From: a virus
Taxonomy: Duplodnaviria; Heunggongvirae; Uroviricota; Caudoviricetes
IMG/VR virus record: IMGVR_UViG_2778261500_000001
Length of the DNA: 23,709 nt
Direction: 5' to 3' (one strand)
Made by a program: the position numbers and the translations under genes. Of this stretch, positions 8,530-15,678 are shown piece after piece. Under the pieces are notes generated by a model. The model was not told the origin of the DNA. It ran no database searches and was given only the letters and a program-made list of their open reading frames with translations. The stretch's first letter is position 1. Each line of letters begins with the position of its first letter.

Positions 8530-9363
8530 TCAGCAATTGGTCAGAGTGTCAGCGGGGGCGTTACCGCCTGTTGCACGCTGGCGGTAGTCCTGGCGACTGT
8601 CTTCATGACTCAGCTTGTCCACCAGTTCGTTAAAGGCGGTTTGCTGTGCCTGCAGGGCAGTCTCCAGCTCAGACAGGCGTTCTTCCTGCTCAGACAGGGA
8701 TTTTTCGGTGCGTGCGCTCAGGTTCTGCTGCTCAGTGGCGACCAGCTCCACGGCCTTATGCACATCAGAGAACCGGGCGTCATCGGACTGCTCTTTTTTG
8801 GTAAACAGCGCCGTGACGCGGGCAAACAGGGACGGTTTGTCGTCCTGGATTTCTTCCAGTTCGATCACCGTTTCCTCTGCAGCGGTAAAGAGATTGGCAG
8901 GATTCTGCTTGCGGTTTGCCAGCGGGTTATGGGCTGCACTGGCGCTGAATGTCAGCATTTCCGTACCCAGACTGGCAGGGTCATCAGTGGCAGCCAGGCC
9001 GACCAGATAGGCTTTGCCCGTATCAGCGAACTTCGGGCTGACTTCCATAGAGGTGAATAATTTCTGGCCTTTTTTCACCAGTTCCACCAGGGACTCCGTT
9101 GGCTCAACGTCGGCATACAGCGCCATCTTGCCTGCCAGCGGACCTTCCGTGATTTCTTCAGCAAACAGCGCCGTCACCTTGCCGTAGCGGTTAAAGGTGC
9201 TGTCCGGCAGATAAGACTTGATGTGCTCAAGGTTAATCAGCGCGGTATACACCGCCGGGTTGTAGCTGGCTGCCATCTGTTCCAGCCATTCACGCTGGAT
9301 TTCGCGTCCGTCGGTGGTGGCACCTTCCACCCCGATGCGAAAACGCTTTGCTTTCACTGTCAT
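8530..9363 (-). CDS. O: Capsid scaffolding protein O
   Basis: 277 aa acidic coiled-coil-rich ORF immediately upstream of N and divergent from P, as in P2. Confidence 0.85.
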   Translation of the reverse strand: MTVKAKRFRIGVEGATTDGREIQREWLEQMAASYNPAVYTALINLEHIKSYLPDSTFNRYGKVTALFAEEITEGPLAGKMALYADVEPTESLVELVKKGQKLFTSMEVSPKFADTGKAYLVGLAATDDPASLGTEMLTFSASAAHNPLANRKQNPANLFTAAEETVIELEEIQDDKPSLFARVTALFTKKEQSDDARFSDVHKAVELVATEQQNLSARTEKSLSEQEERLSELETALQAQQTAFNELVDKLSHEDSRQDYRQRATGGNAPADTLTNC

Positions 9364-9441
9364 GAGCCGTGCTCCGTTAGAAAAAACTTACAGGAGCCTT
9401 ATGGTTGCGGTGATGGGGGCAGTGAAACAATGCGCGGTATT

Positions 9442-9459
9442 TGTACCGACAACCACACA
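9442..9459 (+). promoter_or_regulatory. TGT-N12-ACA element (tgtaccgacaaccacaca), putative late-activator site for the P-Q operon promoter
   Basis: Seen directly in the O/P divergent intergenic region, centred 55.5 bp upstream of the P ATG, the same geometry as the V site. A degenerate half-site lies near 9412-9429 at similar distance from O. Confidence 0.5.
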
Positions 9460-9505
9460 AACCGCAGGCGGGGAAAGCCTTCATTCAAGGCTGTAGGTTT
9501 GTGCC

Positions 9506-11272
9506 ATGAACACCACACTGACACCCGCAGATCTCGATCCCCGTCGGCAGGCCATGCTGCTGTACTTTCAGGGATACCGCGTAGCCCGCATTGCTGAAAT
9601 GCTGGGCGAGAAAGTTGCAACCGTTCACAGCTGGAAAAAACGCGACAAGTGGGGTGACTATGGGCCGCTGGATCAGATGCAGCTCACCACCGCCGCACGC
9701 TACTGCCAGCTCATTATGAAGGAGCACAAAGAAGGGAAAGATTTCAAAGAAATTGACCTGCTGGCGCGCCAGTCGGAGCGCCACGCGCGGATCGGCAAGT
9801 TTAACAATGGCGGCAACGAAGCCGACTTAAACCCTAACGTCGCCAACCGCAACAAAGGCCCGCGCCGTCAGCCGGAAAAGAATGTTTTCACCGATGAACA
9901 GATAGAGAAACTGGAAGAAATCTTCCATTCCTCCATGTTCAACTACCAGCGCCACTGGTGGGAAGCCGGAAAAACCAACCGCATCCGCAACCTGCTGAAG
10001 TCACGCCAGATCGGCGCGACCTTTTACTTTGCCCGTGAAGCCCTGATTGACGCCCTGCTTACCGGACGTAACCAGATTTTCCTTTCTGCCAGTAAGGCAC
10101 AGGCTCACGTCTTTAAGCAGTACATCATCGACTTCGCCAAAGAAGTCGAGGTGGAGCTGAAAGGCGATCCGATGGTGCTTCCTAACGGGGCCACGCTTTA
10201 CTTCCTCGGCACCAATGCCCGCACGGCGCAGAGTTACCACGGCAACCTGTATCTGGATGAATATTTCTGGATACCGAAATTCCAGGAGTTGCGCAAAGTG
10301 GCTTCCGGTATGGCTATTCACAAGAAATGGCGACAAACCTATTTTTCCACGCCATCCAGCCTGACCCACAGTGCTTATCCGTTCTGGTCCGGTGCGCTGT
10401 TCAACCGTGGACGCAACAAAGCTGACAAGGTGGACATCGACCTGTCCCACAGCAATCTGGCCCCCGGCCTACTGTGCGCAGACGGGCAATACCGCCAGAT
10501 AGTCACCGTGGAAGATGCGGTGCGCGGCGGCTGTAACCTGTTCGACCTCGACCAGCTGCGCATGGAGTACAGCCCGGACGAATACCAGAACCTGCTGATG
10601 TGCGAGTTCGTGGACGATCTCGCGTCCGTGTTCCCGCTCAGCGAACTGCAGGCGTGCATGGTGGACAGCTGGGAAGTCTGGACCGACTTTCATGCACTGG
10701 CCCTGCGCCCGTTTGGCTGGCGCGAAGTGTGGATCGGTTATGACCCGGCAAAAGGTACGCAGAACGGCGACAGTGCCGGATGCGTGGTGGTGGCTCCGCC
10801 AGCCGTGCCGGGTGGTAAGTTCCGCATTCTTGAGCGTCACCAGTGGCGCGGGATGGACTTCCGCGCCCAGGCTGACGCCATCAAAAAACTGACCGAACAG
10901 TATAACGTGACCTATATCGGTATCGACTCGACCGGCGTCGGTCACGGGGTTTACGAGAACGTGAAAGCGTTTTTTCCTGCCGTCAGGGAGTTTGTCTATA
11001 ACCCCAACGTTAAAAACGCCCTGGTACTCAAGGCCTACGACATTATCAGCCACCGCCGTCTGGAGTTTGACGCCGGGCACACCGACATTGCGCAGTCATT
11101 TATGGCAATCCGTCGCGCTACCACTGCCAGTGGCAACCGCCCGACCTATGAAGCCAGCCGCAGCGAAGAAGCCAGCCATGCCGATCTGGCCTGGGCAACA
11201 ATGCACGCACTGTTTAACGAACCGCTGCAGGGCGAGTCCGCCAATACCAGCAATATTGTGGAGATTTTTTGA
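9506..11272 (+). CDS. P: Terminase large (ATPase) subunit P
   Basis: 588 aa, P2 gpP size and position; divergent from O and followed by Q with a 4-nt overlap. Confidence 0.9.
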   Translation: MNTTLTPADLDPRRQAMLLYFQGYRVARIAEMLGEKVATVHSWKKRDKWGDYGPLDQMQLTTAARYCQLIMKEHKEGKDFKEIDLLARQSERHARIGKFNNGGNEADLNPNVANRNKGPRRQPEKNVFTDEQIEKLEEIFHSSMFNYQRHWWEAGKTNRIRNLLKSRQIGATFYFAREALIDALLTGRNQIFLSASKAQAHVFKQYIIDFAKEVEVELKGDPMVLPNGATLYFLGTNARTAQSYHGNLYLDEYFWIPKFQELRKVASGMAIHKKWRQTYFSTPSSLTHSAYPFWSGALFNRGRNKADKVDIDLSHSNLAPGLLCADGQYRQIVTVEDAVRGGCNLFDLDQLRMEYSPDEYQNLLMCEFVDDLASVFPLSELQACMVDSWEVWTDFHALALRPFGWREVWIGYDPAKGTQNGDSAGCVVVAPPAVPGGKFRILERHQWRGMDFRAQADAIKKLTEQYNVTYIGIDSTGVGHGVYENVKAFFPAVREFVYNPNVKNALVLKAYDIISHRRLEFDAGHTDIAQSFMAIRRATTASGNRPTYEASRSEEASHADLAWATMHALFNEPLQGESANTSNIVEIF

Positions 11273-12309
11273 TGGGAAAGAGTAAGAAGAACCGCGCTGC
11301 GTCGACGAAACAGATCCAGCATAAAAGCCAGACTTCAGCCGAAGCATTCAGCTTCGGTGATCCCGTTCCTGTTCTGGACCGCCGCGAACTGCTGGACTAT
11401 GTGGAATGCGTACAGATGGATCGTTGGTACGAGCCGCCTGTGAGTTTCGACGGACTGGCGCGAACCTTCCGCGCCGCCGTGCATCACAGCTCACCGATTG
11501 CAGTGAAGTGCAACATTCTGACCAGCACCTACATCCCTCACCCGCTGCTCAGCCAGCAGGCTTTTTCGCGTTTTGTACAGGACTATCTGGTTTTTGGTAA
11601 CGCCTACCTGGAGAAACGCACGAACCGCTTCGGTGAAGTTATCGCCCTTGAGCCTGCACTGGCAAAATACACCCGACGCGGGTTAGACCTTGATACCTAC
11701 TGGTTTGTGCAATACGGCATGACTACGCAGCCGTATCAGTTCACGAAAGGCAACATTTTTCATCTGATGGAACCGGACATCAACCAGGAGATCTACGGCC
11801 TGCCTGGTTATCTTTCTGCCATTCCGTCAGCTCTGCTCAACGAGTCCGCCACGCTGTTCCGCCGCAAGTATTACATTAACGGCAGTCATGCAGGCTTCAT
11901 CATGTACATGACCGATGCAGCGCAGAACCAGGAGGATGTGAACAACCTCCGCAATGCGATGAAAAGCGCCAAAGGTCCTGGTAACTTCCGTAACCTGTTT
12001 ATGTACTCGCCTAACGGTAAAAAGGACGGGCTTCAGATTATCCCGTTGTCAGAAGTGGCGGCGAAGGATGAGTTCCTGAATATCAAGAACGTGAGCCGGG
12101 ACGACATGATGGCGGCGCATCGTGTGCCGCCACAAATGATGGGGATAATGCCTAATAATGTCGGGGGGTTTGGGGATGTGGAGAAGGCCAGCCGTGTATT
12201 CGTCCGAAATGAGCTAATGCCACTACAAAAGCGATTACAGGAGATGAATGATTGGCTTGGCAAGGAGGCGATACAGTTTAATACCTACTCGCTAGATATA
12301 GTCCCATAA
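11269..12309 (+). CDS. Q: Portal protein Q
   Basis: 346 aa ORF downstream of P, P2 gpQ size and position. Confidence 0.9.
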   Translation: MMGKSKKNRAASTKQIQHKSQTSAEAFSFGDPVPVLDRRELLDYVECVQMDRWYEPPVSFDGLARTFRAAVHHSSPIAVKCNILTSTYIPHPLLSQQAFSRFVQDYLVFGNAYLEKRTNRFGEVIALEPALAKYTRRGLDLDTYWFVQYGMTTQPYQFTKGNIFHLMEPDINQEIYGLPGYLSAIPSALLNESATLFRRKYYINGSHAGFIMYMTDAAQNQEDVNNLRNAMKSAKGPGNFRNLFMYSPNGKKDGLQIIPLSEVAAKDEFLNIKNVSRDDMMAAHRVPPQMMGIMPNNVGGFGDVEKASRVFVRNELMPLQKRLQEMNDWLGKEAIQFNTYSLDIVP

Positions 12310-12313
12310 TAAG

Positions 12314-12337
12314 AAAAGCCACCGTTTGGTGGCTTTT
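12314..12337. terminator. Bidirectional intrinsic terminator between convergent Q and the accessory operon
   Basis: Perfect 10-bp stem AAAAGCCACC / GGTGGCTTTT with a 4-nt loop, flanked by a T-run on both strands; lies between the Q stop (12309) and the stop of the 246-aa gene (12344). Confidence 0.65.
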
Positions 12338-12343
12338 CTTCAT

Positions 12344-13084
12344 TTACTCAATAGGTTCAAACTCATCCTGAGGAATCAGCGTCGATTGACAGGCTTGGCT
12401 TAGTACTCCTGATAATTTACATAATAACCGATAGTTATGAGGAGCATCATCGCTAATCTTTTCGACCGTTAAAGTGATTGATTTTGGATCATCCAATAAC
12501 ATCTTCTTGATATCATTACTTAAATACCTAGGGCAGTAACCAACGATTTCAGCTGGTTTATCTGCACGAACGACAACAGCATCCCCATCGTATTCATTTT
12601 GAAGATCCAAGCAAAGACGCAAAATTTGCCCCGGTTTCAATTCAGATACACGAGCATTAGCTAAGCTATTTAAGTAACCAAGTCCATGTAAGAAGAAAAA
12701 ATGCTCAAAGTTACCATCAGAATCAACATCAATTTTTTTGAAAATCTGCAGCTGATCAGTGCTTCGTAAGCCTCCCGAGCGAGCAAGAATATCGATAGGA
12801 TTTACCTTATCTTCTTCAAATCCAAGCCATTTAATGAAACTCGGATACTCTGGACGTCTCGGTGATAAAAGGCGATTTTTAAAAAGAGGAAACAATTCTT
12901 CCGAAACATAAGTTTCACGAACATCACTCATGCCGCTAAACTTTGTAAATTTAGTAGATTTAAGAGCACCTTTGGTATACCTGAAAACATACCCCGATTT
13001 GCGCTCTTGCAAGTTACCAACAACATGCCAGTCTCTGGTATCTGGTGCCTGCCATGCGACGTAAACGGAGTTTGTATTAGTCAT
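12344..13084 (-). CDS. Partner protein with HipA-N-terminal-like domain fused to a HIRAN-like domain
   Basis: 246 aa. N-terminal part (VYVAWQ...VVGNL...YVFRY; LFPLFKNRLLSPRRPE; IDILARSGGLRS) resembles the HipA N-terminal subdomain as I recall it. C-terminal part (LKPGQILRLCLDLQNEYDGDAVVVRADKPAEIVGYCPRYLSNDI) fits the HIRAN pattern. Start overlaps the stop of the upstream kinase gene. AT-rich. Confidence 0.6.
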   Translation of the reverse strand: MTNTNSVYVAWQAPDTRDWHVVGNLQERKSGYVFRYTKGALKSTKFTKFSGMSDVRETYVSEELFPLFKNRLLSPRRPEYPSFIKWLGFEEDKVNPIDILARSGGLRSTDQLQIFKKIDVDSDGNFEHFFFLHGLGYLNSLANARVSELKPGQILRLCLDLQNEYDGDAVVVRADKPAEIVGYCPRYLSNDIKKMLLDDPKSITLTVEKISDDAPHNYRLLCKLSGVLSQACQSTLIPQDEFEPIE

Positions 13085-13995
13085 TCTAGTAACCTTCTGC
13101 GATTTTCCATTACCATTAACGTTGCAAATCTACGTGCACTGTCGGATATACACGATGAAGGCACTTGGTTAAACACATCTGTAATGGAATCTTCTGTTAA
13201 AACGCTCAACTTACCTAACCAATGGTCGCGAGCGGCAACTCTCCCTTCAACTGCATGTTGAAATGCTTCAACGGTCAGCAAGGGCTTTTTATCAGTTTTT
13301 GCTTTGAATAGCTCAGAGCGAGCTTTTCTTACAAAACATGGGATTTGTCGATTTTTATCTTTAGTATTAAGCCGTTCGTTACGCTCATCATCTAACATCT
13401 CCCTTCCTAAACTAGCGGCATGATCGTATGTTGGACACAAAAACTGCTCACCAGTTTCATTGTTAAGCATGATCGCCCAATTTTCATGATGGCGATCTTG
13501 ATTACTCACAAGTGCATCGAGCATCAAAAATCCACAAAATACATCTGCTGCATTTAGCCCGGTTAGATCATATACACTCGGAGGAGGCTTGATAGATTCC
13601 CTATCTAAACAACCCAATACCCTTGTGACAGTGTGTTCTCTGACCCTTACCGGCTTTTCCCCGGCTTGTAAAGGCCCTGGATAATCGAATGTCGAACTGT
13701 GAAGCACTTCATTTCCCATTACCATCCGGAAACCAGATGGAATGATATTCTGAGTCACCACACCGAATCGACCATTGTATCGCGCCAAATCATAGCTAGC
13801 ATGTGGAATGTTAAGCAAATGACATAACTCAGCAGCACACTTTTCAGACCAATGCTCGCCAGTACCTGGCCTAGAGTACTTAAACAACTGCAAATTTACA
13901 GTGTCATCGGAGAAATAGAACCAAAACTTCTCTTTGGTTCCTAACTGTTCAAGATCGTTAGCTACGGGGCTAAGCTCTACCAATTGGTATGGCAT
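13081..13995 (-). CDS. HipA-like Ser/Thr protein kinase, core kinase domain only
   Basis: 304 aa. Motifs seen: FLMLDALVSNQDRHHENWAIM (compare HipA catalytic loop with Asp) and LCPTYDHAASLG (compare HipA PAYD Mg-binding Asp), plus a glycine-lysine motif LGTKEKF near the N-terminus. Putative catalytic Asp167 and Asp191 by my count. No HipA N-terminal domain in this ORF. Confidence 0.75.
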   Translation of the reverse strand: MPYQLVELSPVANDLEQLGTKEKFWFYFSDDTVNLQLFKYSRPGTGEHWSEKCAAELCHLLNIPHASYDLARYNGRFGVVTQNIIPSGFRMVMGNEVLHSSTFDYPGPLQAGEKPVRVREHTVTRVLGCLDRESIKPPPSVYDLTGLNAADVFCGFLMLDALVSNQDRHHENWAIMLNNETGEQFLCPTYDHAASLGREMLDDERNERLNTKDKNRQIPCFVRKARSELFKAKTDKKPLLTVEAFQHAVEGRVAARDHWLGKLSVLTEDSITDVFNQVPSSCISDSARRFATLMVMENRRRLLE

Positions 13996-14147
13996 CTGAC
14001 ATCCCTGTTTAGCGGATTATGAATAAGTTAGGTTCCATTTTATCCAAACATTGTCAAATACTCTAAGATTTATTAGATGATAGAGCGATACTGTATGCAT
14101 GTCCAGCAATCAAATCAATATATAACTCTTATATGACTTAGCGCGCG

Positions 14148-14166
14148 CTCGTATCCCCGCCACGCC
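14148..14166 (-). other. Candidate cos cohesive-end sequence
   Basis: Minus-strand reading GGCGTGGCGGGGATACGAG resembles the P2/186 19-nt cohesive ends as I remember them (GGCGAGGCGGGGAAAGCAC / GGCGTGGCGGGGAAAGCAT). Orientation and position relative to Q fit; exact ends unverified. Confidence 0.45.
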
Positions 14167-14210
14167 TGCCCGCTTTATGTAGTGGTTTTCATGCAGGTGC
14201 ATGATCTACG

Positions 14211-14235
14211 CAAAAGCCCGCCAGTTCTGGCGGGC
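14211..14235 (-). terminator. Hairpin gcccgccag-ttc-tggcgggc followed by a T-run on the minus strand
   Basis: Perfect 9-bp GC-rich inverted repeat seen directly; on the minus strand it is followed by TTTTG. Could be a terminator or part of the cos-flanking structure. Confidence 0.4.
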
Positions 14236-14508
14236 CTTAGCGAAAACGATCCTCAAACGATCATGCAATCTCATGCAGCATAGACATGCACAGACGAGTA
14301 AAGCGAATCGGACCTTACGCAAGGTGAACTCCTCAGCGGGCATAATCAGTATGTCGGAAGATCTCTAAAAATAAATAATTCGGTTAACAGGTATGCTTAC
14401 AAAAGCATATATTTGATTAAAAATCATGTAAGGGGGAGGATCTCAAACTGAATCGCCACGGGTTTTACAAATTTCGATAGTCTCTCTAACGTTTCGGCTG
14501 AGGTCAAA

Positions 14509-14934
14509 ATGAAAAGCTTTTACGTATTAATTTTAATTCTGGTTGCAAGCTTTGTTAGCGTCCCAGTTCAGGCGGTAACAGCTAAAAACTATGAGAAAGG
14601 AACTAAAGCTCAACAGAAATCAATATCTTACCTTTCATGTGCATTCTATGGCAGTAGCACACAATTAGATCCTAGCTACACGGAGCAAGTACCTACAGCC
14701 GATATCAAGATATTACAGAAAGCAGCTTACCACGCTTACAACGATGCGCTCTCATACTTTGGCTATGAGGAACCAGATCACGAACAACGCATAATTGATT
14801 ATGCTGAATTTGTGGCGTCGCAAGAAGCTGTGTTATGGGATAAGCCGGGAATGAATGGAAAGCAGGTAACACTAATTGCTCGTTCTCTCTACAATGAGAG
14901 TAACTGTAACTTGTTACTGGACTCAATTAAGTAG
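14509..14934 (+). CDS. Small secreted protein of unknown function (accessory/moron gene)
   Basis: 141 aa with a classic Sec signal peptide (MKSFYVLILILVASFVSVPVQA, AxA-type cleavage site); GAGG Shine-Dalgarno 8 nt upstream; AT-rich; only plus-strand gene in this island. Confidence 0.5.
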   Translation: MKSFYVLILILVASFVSVPVQAVTAKNYEKGTKAQQKSISYLSCAFYGSSTQLDPSYTEQVPTADIKILQKAAYHAYNDALSYFGYEEPDHEQRIIDYAEFVASQEAVLWDKPGMNGKQVTLIARSLYNESNCNLLLDSIK

Positions 14935-15093
14935 GAAAAAGATGGTATTTTGCCCGTAGTTTCAACCTTAATCTCCGAACCTGTCGCAGAACGGGCGTTC
15001 ACTCATCAAATAAACGCCACACCTAACGCCTCACTGTACTCGTTGTTCAACCTTGCTGACGCCAGAACCAAGTTCAGACGCCAGCAACTTTTC

Positions 15094-15327
15094 TTAATGC
15101 AGCCAGCTGTCGTCTTCCCACACCTTCTGCATAATCTTCATCACTTGTTTTCTTTCTTCGTCCAGTTGCAGTCCGGTCAGTTCCACACCGTTAGAGCTAC
15201 CTTTGCGGATGCGAATTACCATTTTGGGATACAGGGGGCGCAGATTGCGGTAAAGCTCGGATTCAAGGGCGTCCAGGGTAGACTGGCTAATCTTCTGCTC
15301 TTTATCGATCATTATTTCAATGCGCAT
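15094..15327 (-). CDS. DinI-family protein (SOS-associated, Tum/DinI-like)
   Basis: ORF 15094..15399; from internal start MRIEIMIDKEQ... the product is about 78 aa and resembles E. coli DinI end-to-end as recalled, including the C-terminal acidic W motif (WEDDSW). Confidence 0.7.
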   Translation of the reverse strand: MRIEIMIDKEQKISQSTLDALESELYRNLRPLYPKMVIRIRKGSSNGVELTGLQLDEERKQVMKIMQKVWEDDSWLH

Positions 15328-15337
15328 AAAGGTCACC

Positions 15338-15526
15338 TCAGCTGATGACATCCATTGAGCGGTTGTATTCGTGGGTTCTGATTTTTGCCATGAGTTCATC
15401 AGTCAATTCAGAAACCCACTGCAGAGCCAGCCCCTTCTCTTCATCACTACACTCACTAGCCGCTACAAGCTTAAGAAAAAAATCAATGCGCTGGAGCTTC
15501 AAAGACTCCAAAAAATAGTCCTGCAT
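15338..15526 (-). CDS. Small hypothetical protein immediately downstream of a LexA box (possible Tum-like antirepressor component)
   Basis: 62 aa ORF with strong SD (GGAGG) and a LexA box about 45 bp upstream; functional call is positional only. Confidence 0.35.
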   Translation of the reverse strand: MQDYFLESLKLQRIDFFLKLVAASECSDEEKGLALQWVSELTDELMAKIRTHEYNRSMDVIS

Positions 15527-15568
15527 CTTTCCTCCTATGACACCAAAGCAATACTGTATATATAACCA

Positions 15569-15584
15569 CTGTTTATATTTACAG
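15569..15584 (-). promoter_or_regulatory. LexA box (CTGT-N8-ACAG) overlapping an AT-rich promoter region
   Basis: cACTGTTTATATTTACAGta seen directly; perfect CTGT/ACAG half-sites with an AT-rich 8-bp spacer; TATA-rich -10-like sequences adjacent; upstream of the 62-aa/DinI-like genes. Confidence 0.7.
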
Positions 15585-15678
15585 TATATAATAATCTTAC
15601 TGATGTAAAACGTTTTTTTACGTTCATCAGCCTGAAATGCCTGGTATTATTAAGAGCACGAATTGTTAACCCGCGTAA

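Noticed and set aside
7971-9060. Plus-strand ORFs 7971..8633 (220 aa), 8605..9060 and 8615..9010
   Set aside because: Antisense shadow ORFs within the GC-rich capsid (N) and scaffold (O) genes; no start context or recognisable domains.
10001-11080. Minus-strand ORFs 10001..10450, 10375..10659 and 10469..11080 inside the terminase gene
   Set aside because: Completely contained within the well-supported P coding region on the opposite strand; typical high-GC antisense ORFs.
13007-13261. Plus-strand 84-aa ORF across the junction of the kinase and partner genes
   Set aside because: Lies antisense to two tightly coupled minus-strand genes with clear motifs; no ribosome-binding site seen.
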